Source: the human T2T-CHM13v2.0 reference genome, Homo sapiens. Taken from it: a DNA stretch of 64,000 nucleotides. Positions 1-14,719 of the stretch are shown here, piece by piece. The notes under the pieces were generated by a model. That model saw nothing but the letters and a program-made list of their open reading frames with translations, ran no database searches and was not told the origin of the DNA. The position numbers and the translations under genes were made by a program. Each line of letters starts with the position of its first letter. Within the stretch, counting starts at the first letter, position 1. The stretch lies in the NCBI RefSeq assembly GCF_009914755.1, contig NC_060925.1, one strand, 5' to 3'.

Positions 1-266
<266 letters not shown>

Positions 267-372
267 TAACTAACACAAATTCTTTTGAAACTATTCCAGA
301 AAGTCAAAGAAAAAATAATTCCAATCTTATTTTATGAAGATAGCATTATCCTGATATCAAAACCCTACAAAG

Positions 373-412
373 ACACACACACACACACACACACGCACAC
401 ACACACACACAC
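373..412. repeat. (AC)n microsatellite, about 20 units with one interruption
   Basis: Seen directly. Confidence 0.97.
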
Positions 413-957
413 GACCATTATTCTTGATAAACACAGATGCAAAATTCCTCAACAAAATACAAGCAAACCAAATTCAAAAGCACATTAAAAAAATCATTCA
501 CCATAATCAAGTGAGATTGATGCCAAGGATACAAGGATGGTTTAGTATAAGCAAATCAATAAATATGGTACATCCCATTAGCAGAAAGAAAACTAAAAAA
601 CATATAATCATTTCAATAGACATGGAAAAGTTATTTGACAGTATTCATCATCTTTTCATGATAAATAAAAGTCTCATCAAATTAGGTATAGAAAGTATGT
701 TCAACACACAAAAAAGATTACAAATGATAAATCCACAGCTAACATCATTCTAAATGGGGTAAAATTAAAAGTTTTTTCTCTATGATCTGAAACAAAACAG
801 GAATATTTACTTTTACCACTTCTATTCATCACAGTACTGGAAGTCCTAGCTAGAGCAATGAGTCAAGAGAAGGAAATAAAAAGCAGTCAAATTGAAAAAG
901 AGGAAATCAAATTGTCCCTGTTTGCAAATGACATGAATTTATATATAGCCAAGTCTA

Positions 958-1387
<430 letters not shown>

Positions 1388-2650
1388 TCAAGAAATCAAT
1401 TCCATTTACAAAGGATAGAATAATAAAACACCCAGGAATACATTTAACCAAGGAAGTAAAAAATCTCTAAAATAAAATCTATGAAAGAAATGGATGAAGA
1501 CTCAAATAAATGGAAAGATATTTTATTTTTGTGGATTGGAGGAAATAATATTGTTAAAATATCCATACTAGCCAAAGCAATCCAGTCAAAGACATTCTTC
1601 ACAGACATTTAAAAAATCCTGAAATTTATATGTAACCACAAAATATCCTAATATCCAAAGCAATCATAAGACAAAATAAAAAAAAAAAAAGAAAGGCTGG
1701 AGGCCTCACACTAACTCACTTTGAAATATACTACAAAGATATAATAACCAAAAATAGCTCGGTACTGGCATGAAAACAAACACATAGACAAATAAAAGAA
1801 AATAGAGAGTGCAGAAATAAATCTACACATCTATAGTATACTGATTTTTGACAAAGATGCCAGAAACACATATTGGGGAAAGGGCAGTCTCTTTAATAAA
1901 TGATGCTAGAAAAATTGAATATTCACATGTAGAAGAAGAAAGCTAGTCCCCTATTACTCATCATATACAAAAGTAAAGTCAAAATAGATTAAAGAAAGTA
2001 AATTAAAGTAAGACTAGAAACTATGAAACTACTAGAAGAAAACATAGTGGAAATGCTTCATGACATTGGACTGAGGAAAAACAGACGTTGAAAGCACAGG
2101 CAATGTAAGCAAAAATAGATAAATGTGATGACATCAAACTAAAAAGCTTCTGCATAGAAAGGGCAACAGTCAACACAGTGAAGAGATAACGTACAGGATG
2201 GGAGAAAATATTTGCAAACTATATGTTTAACAAGTAGTTAACATCTAGAATATATAAGAAATGTAAACAACTCAATAACAAATAACAAATTGTACCATTA
2301 AAAATTGAGCAAAAGACCTGAATAGACATTTATCAAAAGAAGACATATAAAAGGACAACAGTTATATGGAAAAATGCTCAATATTTCTAATCATGATAGA
2401 AATGCACATAGAAATAACAATGAGATATTACTTTACTCCAGTTAGAATGGCTATTATCAAAAAGACAAATGATAGCAATTGTTGGCAAGGATGCAGAGAA
2501 AAGGAAACACTTATACACCGTTGGTAGGAATACAAATTATTATATCCACTATAAAAAACAGTATGGAGGATCCTCATAAACTAAGAATAGAACTATCATA
2601 CAATCCAGTAATTCCAATACTGTTTCCAGAGGAAATAATATTGGTATGTC

Positions 2651-2973
2651 CCCTCCCTGTGTCCATGTGTTCTCATTGTTCAATTCCCACTAACGAGTGA
2701 GAACATGCGGTGTTTGGTTTTCTGTTCCTGTGCTAGTTTGCTGAGGATGATGGTTTCCAGCTTCATCCATGTCCCTGCAAAGGGGGCCTGTCGGAGGGGT
2801 GTACGGGGAAAGGGAAGGGAGAGCATGAGGACAAATGCCTAATGCATATGGGGCTTAAAACCTAGTTGATGGGTTGATAGGTGCAGCAAACCACCATGGC
2901 ACGTGTATGTCTATGTAACAAACCTGCACATACAGCACATGTATCCCAGAACTTAAAGTAAATTTAAAAAAAA
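2651..2973 (+). mobile_element. Short 5'-inverted L1PA (L1PA7/8-like) 3' UTR insertion
   Basis: 2651-2782 is the reverse complement of L1 3' UTR; 2783-2973 is the sense 3' end plus polyA; TSD ATTGGTATGTC at 2640-2650 and 2974-2984. Confidence 0.92.
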
Positions 2974-4659
2974 ATTGGTATGTCAAAGAGATATCTTCAC
3001 TCCCATATTCATCACAGCATATTCACAATATCCAAGATATTGAATTAACCTAGGTGTTTAACAACTAAAGAATAAAGAAAATGTGACATATATACAAAAT
3101 GGAATATTATACAGCCATAAAAGGGAATAAAATCCTGCCATTTGTGACAACATGGATGAGCCTAGAGGACATTTTTTTAAATGAAATAAGTCAGACACAG
3201 AAAGACAAATACTGCATATTCTCATTCATATTCAGAATCTAAAAAATTTGATCTCGTAGGAAGAGTGATTACAATAGTGGTTACTAAGGACTGGGGAAGA
3301 GAAGATGCGGTGACTATGGGCAATGGGTACAAAGTTACAATTAAAAAGGAAGAATCAGTTCTGGTTCCCTACTGTACAGTAAGGTAACTGTAATCAACAA
3401 TAACATTGTATATCTCAGAATAGCTAGAAAAGAGGGTTTTGTTTGTTTCTACTATAAAGAAGTAATGGATATCCAAAGTACCTTGACTGGATAATTACAC
3501 AGTGTATACATGTATCACAACACCACATTATCTTCATAAATATGCACGAATATGTCTCAATTAAAAATAAACATAATAAAAATATACAACAAAATAACAC
3601 ATGCTTTGATTAACACATCATAGAGTACAATAAAAACACAAAGGAATCATTGGTCATTTCTTTTTATTGGGAAAAGTTTTTAGGGAAATCTGAATAGATA
3701 TAGTGATTGGGGAAGGAAAGGGAAGAGATTCCATGCACAAGGAGCAGATTAGCAATTCATTCAGGTATGAAACAGCAGTCTGCTTTTAATAGAATCCTGT
3801 GTAGTTTATTATGACTTGGGGGATTCGAGTGCAGTTGCGCTAAGAAATAAATGTAGTCAGATAGTACAGGCTTTTGTCAGAAAGATTCCTTGAGCAAAAC
3901 TAGTTTAACTTGGATTATTACAATTATCTTCTAAAAAAATCTTTGTATACCTACACACTGTAAATAACTAAAGCATGAAAAAAAAACCTAAACTAGTACT
4001 TTCAAGTGAAAATAATTCCTTACAAATGAAAATAAACATATATATTTAGGTATCTAGACTTTAAAGAAAGTCAGGATCTAGTCTTATACCACAAAATTGT
4101 ATTTTTGATCTGATGTAAGCTAATTTACAAACTTCACTTTCATTCTTAGGATGCAAATAAATAAAAGTTGAATTGTCTTAATCATCACATTAGTGGCCTT
4201 ATTTTGATTCCTTTACTTGCTCATATGTGAACGTGACAATCTTTGCTTTTGCCAGACCCATCCAATTGCTAGGGTTTAGACCTATTAAATTATTCTTTTC
4301 TTCCCATTTCCTCTACATTAGAAGCACACTTGCATATGGCTAATTCTCCAAGTATGAAACATTCAAAGCAGGGATTGATCTGTTAACTATTATTTACTGT
4401 TAAAACACTATTGAAGGTTTAGAAAAATATTAGAAAAGTTAAGAGATTAAAGCATTCTCCTCACAAGCTTATATTGACCAATACAAAGTTCTTTTGATTC
4501 ATGACCCTGAGCAAAAATAGTATCGTTATATAAACCCTAAATGTTAATATGGGTCAGTTTTGAATAGCCTACCAAAAAACTGATTTCACCAATAACAGAT
4601 ATGTTCAAGCAAGTTCAAGCTTTCTGGTCTTTAATGTGAGAATAATTTAATATACTTAT

Positions 4660-5385
4660 TTAATAAAGGACTCTTATCCAGAATACATAAACAACTGGTA
4701 TAGTGATAAGAAGAAGACGGTTAACCCAGTACAAACATAAATCAAAAATTAAACACATCACCAGAAAGGATGATAAAATTAAACCAGTTTGCCATAGAGA
4801 TATCTATATGCCCTTGTTCATTGCACCATTATTCACAATATCTAAGAAATGAAAGCAATATAGGTGTCCATCATCAGATGAATGGCAACAAAAAAATGTT
4901 TATATACAATGAAATACATTCAGCCTTAAAAAGAGAAATCCTGACAATTGCAACAACATGGATGAACGTGTAGGACATTATGCTAAGTGAAATAAACTAG
5001 GTAGAGAAAGAAAGCACAGCATGATCTCACTTATATGTGGAATCTAAAAAACTGGAATTCATAAAAGTAGGGAGTAGATGGTGGTTACCAGAAGCTCTGG
5101 TATGGGAGAACAGGAGACATTGGTCAAAGGATGCAGTTTCAGTTAGATAGCAGAAATAAGTTCTGGAGAGCTATTGTACAGCATGTTAACTATTGTTAAT
5201 AATAATACATTGTATATTCGAAAATTGCTAAAAGAGTAGATTTTAAAGTTTACACCACGTAGAAAATAATAAGTATGTAAGGTGATAAGCAGCTTGATAG
5301 AATCATTCTACAATGTATGTAGCTACATATTTCAATACATCATATTATATACCAAAATATGTACAAAAATATAATTTAAAAATTA
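4660..5385 (+). mobile_element. Old L1M (L1MA/MB-type) 3' fragment
   Basis: L1 3' motifs (GCAACAACATGGATGAAC..GGACATTATGCTAAGTGAAATAA, CTCACTTATATGTGGAATCTAAAAA) and an A-rich end. Confidence 0.85.
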
Positions 5386-5392
5386 AGACAAA

Positions 5393-5712
<320 letters not shown>

Positions 5713-8234
5713 TAATACAAATAATTTAAAAGATTATTTGATATTTCAAAACTGATTTAATATTAAAAGTAAGTTGATATATCTAATAGGTCCTTGATAT
5801 GAAATTAAATCCCCTCTAAATAAAAGACTATTTTTCTGTGCCTCAATAATTACATAAGCTTCTCATGCTTTTATATGAAATATCTTCTGTCATTATTGTG
5901 TCATCCTGGTGGTGGACTAGCATGTTGAATTCTAAAGTGGTGAAAAAATTAGAGTCCCTGTAGACCCAATTTTTTTACAGGACCAGCACATTGGCTCAAT
6001 TATGTGAAAAGACTGTAACGGTATATTGTTGTTGCTTAGTGGAACAAAGTACTAGCCTTCTCTGTTTATTGATTTTCAGAAAAATAGCACGTACCAATTC
6101 AATAGTTGCATTCCTAATGCCAGGAGATGTGCTGATTTGCTTTTCCAAAGAAAACTAAACCTAGAATAGCAGCTGTAATGGGAGTCACCACCTGATTAAG
6201 GCTTTAATAATTCATTGTCATTGTGCTGAATCAATCAATCTTCAGTAATTGTAAAACTGGCAAGTAAATGAAGATTTGATAAGACTCACCCACTGTTAAT
6301 ATTTCATCTTGGTGATGGTATTTAACTTTATAATTATTTCAGGTATGTTTATTGTTTTGTTTTTTTCTTTGACAGAGAAAGATAATTTCATGAGCTTTTC
6401 TTGAACAGTATAGCCCTTCCTTTGGGAGTCAAGTTACAAATGTAATTGATTTTCCTGCCATTAAACTCTGGAACTGAGGAAAGTTCTGTTCTCACCGACC
6501 TACCATGAAGCAAATTTGATAAAAATAAATACTGCATTTATGTCTTGGCACTCTACTTATCATTTTGATGCGTAGAAGTGATGTTATGTTTCTCCAGGAA
6601 AATATATAAACTTAGATCCAGAGCATAATAACTTCCAGATTGTCTGAGACTCTCCGTTTTCTATCGCATAGTTACTTTGGTGAATGATACAAAGGAGACA
6701 CATTTAGGAAGAGCTAGAACAGCAATTTACATGATGAACTTATAATGTTTGCAGGGGTTTTCCTCAAGAGAAAAGCCTCTATTTCTTTGAAGGATCTTTG
6801 ACGTGAATTGACTATGGCCTGGTTGTATGACTGACATTGGCTCTGTATCCTGGGGCTCAGATCTTGCTTCTATTTGCCTTGAGAACCTCTTTTTTTTTTT
6901 TTTTTTTTTTAACTTTGCTGGCCTCCTTATCTATTTTGGTCCTTAAAAATGTCGTGAATATATAGCTACTATCAGGATTCCTGTTGGTGAACCCATTTTG
7001 ATTGTCATTTCCTTCCAATATAATAATACAAAACTTGCCTTTAAAATTGTGCTGCTCCTTTCCCTCTGCAACAAACTACATGTGGATATATGCTTTGGAA
7101 TCTTGGGATCCATTTCAATTGCAACACCCTATTAAACATTTTCAGACTTCCAAAAACATCCAAACTACATAGCATTTTAAAGACACAGGTCCTCACTTTA
7201 GTGTTTATTTCTTAGTGCCTTAATAAAAGAAGTATCTCCTGTTTTTTTTTTTAATTCTGGGATAATATTTAAGGGGTATGAATGATATCTCATAATATCA
7301 ATCTATGTTTCTATCTCCCTACTTTTGATTTATTCTCATACATTATAAGAAATTATTTCTTATATCTCACTTTCATTTATCACAGGACACAATTGACTAT
7401 GGATTTCAGCTAACCAACTAAGCAAACAATTACAAATACCCCAGCTGCTCAACCTGGTAAATTGAATCCGGAAACTCTAGTAACTAGCATCTATATTATA
7501 ACTTCAACTGAGTTAAACTTTTGTTCTTCTCTTATTAATCTAGCAAATATATGTGTTTCCCATGTATATTCACAACATTTTTGTGAATATAAATTGCCCC
7601 TTACATAACTTTAAGAAAGTTTTTGCTCCTAGCGTTTACATTGTAATTTCACAATTGGTCAGGTTTGTACTGGAGAAAAGGAAAAGTGTTTGAAGTTGGA
7701 AAGTAGGGTGGCGTAGTTTTTCTTGCAAAGTAACTCTCACCAATAAGTAATTATGGAGTCTTCAAGCAATTTGAAATAGGCTTATCACACATAATAGGGG
7801 AATCTGCTTCAATCTTCAAGAGAGGTCCAGTGATTGGGAATTCAGTAAAAAGTGACTCACCTTTTACATTTTCTCATAAGTAACCAAGTTTTCAGGGTTC
7901 AACTTTTCCAATTGTTGTCTTTAACATTCACATTAAAGACATGGCAGGGGAATGAATTCAACAGACTTCATAATTTAGCCACTTAAAAGAATACAGTTTC
8001 ACTTGATTTTGTAAGCAATGAGGGACTGTTGTACCTTAGTAACCAAAAGACATTGGATTTCAGTCCATCCTTTGAATGTATCAAGCCATTCACCTTCTGC
8101 ACTTCATGCTTTCTAGAGTACTTGTTATTTATTTCTTTCATTCTCTCCCATAGCAATGACTAGTTCACACATCAACCACTTAGCTTCAACAGATACTTCA
8201 CTCCAGTGAGCCAGGTAATAAATTGAATACTAAT

Positions 8235-8440
8235 ATATTAATAACTTTTATATAGCATTATTACTGTGTTTGATATTGTTCTAAGTTCTTGACATATATT
8301 AACTCATATGAGCTTTACAATTGCCATTGAATTGGTTATTCTTCCCATTTTACACTGAAGAAATTGAAGTGCTGATCAGTAAATTAACTTGTTCATGGTG
8401 CACAGCTAGTAAGTGGATCCAAAACCTGTGTTTTTAATCC
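8235..8440 (-). mobile_element. MIR
   Basis: Core CCCATTTTACACTGAAGAAATTGAAG...TTAACTTGTTCATGGTGCACAGCTAGTAAGTGG matches the reverse complement of the MIR core. Confidence 0.85.
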
Positions 8441-10826
8441 ACAGAATCTGTCACCCAAGCCTTGAGTAATGCTTTATATTGATTTCAAATTTCTGGGTTA
8501 GGTTTATCTTAGGTTGTGTGTATTTATCCCATTGCAAGTGAGGGAAGATAAATAAATACCTGGGGATCTCAGCTTCTCTAGTGTCTCTATCTTCCACTAA
8601 GACCCATAAAGTGAGTTAATTTCTCAATATGGTACAGGAATTCAAATGCTAGGTAGCTCCCCAAATCGCTAATTATTTCTATGATGACTGACATTAACAT
8701 CCATAATGTATTCAAATATTATTATTTGAAAAAGGTACCTTAGAACAATTTTTGACAAAAATTTTTAAACAAGTATTTTGGATGCAGACTAATTAAACAT
8801 AGCCAAATCTTTGACATTATATCTAAGAAATTCATGATTACCAGAACACTTACACTAAATATTCAGATTCATTCAAATACTTGATCACATTTGCATAAAA
8901 TTATCTGAAAAATTGGCAAACATTAATGTTTAATTAGAACATCTCTTAAATTATTGTATATTATATAATTTCTTCATAGACAAATATTCATTTTCTGTTT
9001 TTAATATAGCCATGATATTGTTAAATTGCTAATGGTTAGAATATAAAGTTCTTAGGAAGTTAGAAAACATGAGTGTAAAGTTTTGAATAACTTTAAGGTC
9101 AATCCTAGAAAATAATGCATTGAGATAATTATTTTGTTATTGTCAGATATGCAAAACAATTTTATGTGTAATTTCTTTTGGGGACTACTATACTTCTGTG
9201 CATTAAAAATATGATTGTATTTTGGAAATTGTATTGAATAATCTTTCTATACCTCTATCTGTCTGAAGAATATATTATTTCAATTTTATAAAGTAATCAT
9301 GTAATTTTAGTCATCATTATCTAAAGTAAGCTATGAATAAGCATTTATTTTGAGGCATATACTTTAACATTTTCAAAAATAGAGACATGTACAAGTTAGT
9401 TTTATTCAAAGTTTTCAGCTTTGAAACACCACAGCTTATTTCCAGGAATATTGCATATGGCATGCTAATATCATTCTTCACCCACGTTATACATAAGAGA
9501 CCAGAATGTGATATTGTCATCTCACATGGAAAAATCTGCTGTGATCAGTTCCTGAAGCTTGCTGTGATCCTCCCTTAGGAAAGTAGAAAAATCTTTTTGA
9601 AACACTTTATTCTACAATCAATGAAAATTAGGTGAAGCTACAGAAGCCAGAAATTACTCTAAGATTAGACAATTATTTAAGAGGACCAATTGTCTTTGGT
9701 CTTCTTCTGAAGGGTCTGACTACCCTCCTCCAAAGAATTCATCTACTAATTTGTGGAGCCCTGAAACAAACTTACATTAATGCAAAACCTACTACTCCAA
9801 ATGGTGTTATCACTTAATCATCATGTATATGGAGTAGATAGTATTGATCAGAGCGAATACATGATATAGAAAAATGGTAAATGAATAAGATCTAATAGAA
9901 ACCAGAGGTTAAAATTAGTACATTTCAGAGATATTGTGAAAGAATAAGAGAGAGGTCTTTCAGATAGAAAGAAGCAAAGCAAGATTAAGCATACCTGTGG
10001 ATTTGTTTGAATAACATAAACCTCAAGAGCAATAATAGCCAAGATTACAGAAGGTCAAAGCCAGTTACTCAAATAATCTTCTCCAATTTGGCTTAGTAAT
10101 AATGCACTTATATTGAGATAACATTATAATAACAAATATTACATGCAAACAAACTATAGTAATTATGTAGTCTAATTAGGTCTATTATGGAAGTGTCTGT
10201 GGAGGTGTTTGACAGATTTATGCTACAGACAGAAAACGAGGTCACGACAAGAAATATGATACGTACAAAGGGCTGAAGAGGTTTTAAGAACTTCTGGTTT
10301 GTGTATCTCTCAAACATTTGGTTGAATTCAGTATTAAACAACAAGGTAGGTATCACAATAGCTATATTGAATTGCCTGTTCTTACAATATTACTGCTGTT
10401 AGGAACAAAACACCACACACTGAGATAACTGATTTAGGAGGGAAAAATGTTAATCTTCCTAATGTCCTGTAAAGAATGTAGAATTTATAATAATCTAGGC
10501 ACCCTGCTGTTAACATTACATTCAAAATGCCTTTTCCACAGGCAGTTTGAAAGAATAGAAGAGAAAGTCAATATTATGTTATAAATAGCAATAATTTTAT
10601 AGTGGCACAACTTCGTATCTACCTGACATTGGATTCATAAAGTTTTCCATTCTGTAGGAGGATAAAATGCCTATATTCAGATTTTTTAAAAATAAAGAGG
10701 GTACTCTAGAAGGATGCTGTGGAAACAGCATTATTTAAGTCTCTCCAAATTCTCAAATGAAAATGGACAGAACAACTAGAAAAAAAAAACATGAAACACA
10801 TTTACAACAAAACTAAGAAACAATGT

Positions 10827-11320
10827 TGTAAGGCAGATACACCTGACAGCGATAACTGAAGTATACCCCGTGAATGACTCTCTATGGTAGATGCACTTGA
10901 GTGTATGTTTGGAGTTAGCAGCTAAGGAATCTGATAGTAGCCAACTTGGAGATTCATTCCTCAACTATGAGGAACATCTAAACCCCTGTCCCTTCTGGTG
11001 TAATGTGGACCATACAGGCTATCTAAGTTCTTTGCGGGGGGTAGATGAAGGTTGCCAGGTGTAGGTTGTTAGGGTGAGGGTGCTAAGTGAACATACCAAA
11101 TAAACTGTACGTATTTTGAAAGCAGTTGCTGTTCTCCTACCCAGCCCACCACCACTGGGCTATAAGTTTCTCCTGTCCATCCTGCCACTCCTGGACCATC
11201 TCTGTATGTAATGTTCTGGCTAATAAAATCCTATGTCTTGTTTGCTGGCTCCAGACCTCCTCTTTAGCCTCTTGAACCTGGTACCATCCCTGTTGAGGTT
11301 AATAGGGGTCAAGCACAACA
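10827..11320 (+). mobile_element. Solo ERVL LTR (LTR47-like)
   Basis: TGTAAGGCAGATACACCTGACAGC...GGTTAATAGGGGTCAAGCACAACA; TG...CA termini; AATAAA near 11222; perfect 5-bp TSD AATGT (10822-10826, 11321-11325). Confidence 0.85.
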
Positions 11321-12314
11321 AATGTATCCACACAAACCTTCCAAAATAAGCAGATGGATATAAACCTCCCACAGCCACATAATTACATGATATCAGTATA
11401 ATGTGGGAGGAAGAAAGAAGCAAAGAAGCAAATGGCAGCAAGTGTTGGATCTGAAGAAAGAAAGTTTTCAAAGTAGCCAACAGGGGTTCACTGGAAAGCA
11501 CAGAAGGCTAATTTGAAAATGGAAGCTAAAATTGGGAGCAGTTCCCTCCTTAATATGGACAAGGTAAGAGGACTGCAACAAGAAGGATGAGAACTTCATG
11601 TTCTCAAGGAAATAGCTTGATTGCCATTTAAATATATGATACAGGCATGAAGCAATGGTCTCTATCATTAATTTAATTAACTATTCATGAGAATAGATCA
11701 AATAATTTCCATTATCCTAATTGGGTTGGTTGAATTATATAGGTAGAGTACAGATAGTGAACATTACGTTAGATAGTTACTTAAAAGTACTAGTCTGTCA
11801 AGATGGTTTCTAATTTAATTCTAGACTAAAAACCAATAAGAAAATCCTTAAATGGTATCTTCAAGTTAACACATCCAAAATATTGTCAAATATGTCCATC
11901 AAAATAAGTTGTATGAATAAATCATGCTATATTGTTAGAACATAATTTAGCTGTATAACAGCAGAGTTAAGAAATGCCAATTCTATAACATTCCAAGATA
12001 CAGCAACAATTCAGTGACCAATTTGCTATTTTTCTGTTTATATTTGGCCTAAATGGATCAGCCAAGCATCAGAATGTATTAAGCAGCATGCCAAAAGAAA
12101 AAAAACCCACAAAAACAAAAAACAAACAAAAAACAGACTTACACATGCACTTGGAAATCACAGAACTGAATATGTTCTCATGTTTTGATAATTTTTATGG
12201 AAGATTATAACAACAAAAAAATAGTCATACTAGCACATAATGTGCCTCTATTTATTTATTCTCACATACCAACCTACACCATTTTTTGGATTGATGCGAG
12301 TACTAAAGAAGTCA

Positions 12315-12684
<370 letters not shown>

Positions 12685-12919
12685 GTTATGAAAATTTTGA
12701 CTTAATTTTGGCCAAGAGTAGCCATTATTATATTACCTCCTGAAATGGTTTTCCTCAAGTCATATGCATTAAAGCATCTATAATCTTTATAAGCTATAAA
12801 GAACTTTGCTGAATAAATAAAAGTATTAGGTAGACGTTACTGTTGATAAGAAATTGGAACATATTCAATAAAATAGCTAATGCAATGGTCAATCAGGAAT
12901 ATATATTAAATGTAAACCA

Positions 12920-14600
12920 GATAGAGATATTAAAAAGGAAATACTGCAAGTACAGTGGTAAACAAAGAAATCTTTACCTTTTTGAGCTTACGTTTAGCTG
13001 GATGAGATAGAGAAAATAAAAATACACAAGTTGGCCAGAGAAGATTACCCTGAAAGGTGACATTTGACCGGAGTTCTGAGTAAAGCAGTCTCACAAAAAT
13101 AGTCGATGGAAGAGAACTTAAGGCAAAAGAATCATAAGAACAAATTACCAAAGTCAGGTTCATGACCGGGATTTTCCAGGTTTTGGAAAGAGGCCAGTGT
13201 GACTGCAGCATGATGAGCAAAGGAAAACTGATTGGTAGCAGAAGCCAAATCACATAGGGCTTGGTAAGCTTTGGTAAATACTTTGGATTATACTCTTCAA
13301 AGCCATTAAACAGGGAACACTGAACATTTCAGCAGGAAATAATACAACTTGGTTTATATTTTTAAATGTCTCTTTGTTTTGTAAAAAATTAATTTCAAGA
13401 GAAGGGCCAAGCTTAGAAACAAAGGGACAGATTAACAAACTACTGCAGGGGTGTCCTATCTTTTGGCTTCCCTGGGCCACATTAGAAGAGGAAGAATTGT
13501 GTTTGGCCACACATAAAATACACTAACACTAACAATGGATGATGAGCTAAAAAATTGCAAAAAAAAAAAATCTCATAATGTTTTAAAAAACTTTACATAT
13601 TTGTGTTGGGCCGCATTTAAAGCCATCCTGGGCTGCATGCAGCCCGCGGGCCACAGGTTCGACACGCTTGAACTACTGAAATGGTCTGGATGAGAGGATA
13701 TGATGGCTTAAACTAGGCTGATAAGACAGAGGTAATAAAAGGTGGTTGAATTCTGGGTTTATTTTGAAAGTATAGTCTAAAGCATTTGCTGTTTAAGTGG
13801 CAGTGCAGTGTGAGAAAAAAACTGAAGATCACTCTAAAGACTTTTGCCCTGAGTAACTCTGTAAATGGGAGTATTATTGATTGAGTTGAAAAACATTAGG
13901 GTAAGATCATGGTTTGGGGGAAGAAAGAAAAAATTCAGCTTAGGACAGATATTCTTTGAGGTGTCTATTTGACATTCAAGTAGCATATGTAAAGGGATTA
14001 TTTCGGTTTTTAACACTGAGGTTCAGAAATAAATGATTGCTGAAGATATACTTGGAGGAGTCATCAGTATATATTGGTGCTCAAAACCATAAGACAAGAT
14101 TATGCTATCCAAGTATTTAGAGAAGTTGAAATTATGGAGGGAACTGGTGGAAATATGCATGTCCAGAGGAAGAATGGCCAGGAAAAGAGACTGAACACAT
14201 TTTTAAGAATGAAAGATACTCGAAATGTGTACTATCCAGAAAGTGTATCAAGAAAAAAATGATTTATGGTTTCAAGTATAGTTAGGAAACCAGCAAGATA
14301 ATGATTAAGAACTAGTCATTGGGTTTTGAAGCCTGGAGGTTTTCAGTGGAGGTTATCAGTTCTATTTTGGTGGAGTATTAGGAATGAAAGATGAATTGGC
14401 ATAGGTTTGAAAGACAGTGGGAGATGAGGAATAGAGTGGTATAAAAGTTCTCTTTAAGAAGGTATCTGAAAGGTACCATGACAAAGGATACTTTTTGAAG
14501 AAGCAAGATCATGTAACATGATTTATGCTAATGTGAAAGATCCCACAGAAAGGAGAAAAATTGTGTGTCTAGAGTGAAAGCAATTGCATGGGCAAAGCCC
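12920..14600 (-). mobile_element. LINE-2 fragment, interrupted by MER30
   Basis: Purine-rich L2 antisense motifs (TTCTGGGTTTATTTTGAAAG, TTTGAGGTGTCTATTTGACATTCAAGT, GGAGTCATCAGTATAT). Confidence 0.75.
13446..13670 (+). mobile_element. MER30 (hAT-Charlie non-autonomous DNA transposon)
   Basis: CAGGGGTGTCC...GACACGCTTG imperfect TIRs; perfect 8-bp TSD AACTACTG (13438-13445, 13671-13678). Confidence 0.93.
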
Positions 14601-14719
14601 TTTATTAGGTGATAGTAGATGGCTTGTTATAGCTATTTTGTTACATCTCTAAAAGGTCATTTATCTACTCAGACAAATAACCTCATTTTTCTCCTTTTTC
14701 TTTATATCATTTAAGTGCC

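Noticed and set aside
6890-6910. Isolated T21 run as an orphan retro-tail
   Set aside because: No TSD or attached element; a simple homopolymer.
9490-9790. Possible exon or LTR remnant (CCTCCCTTAG acceptor-like site, repeated TGCTGTGATC)
   Set aside because: No assignable family, donor site or meaningful ORF.
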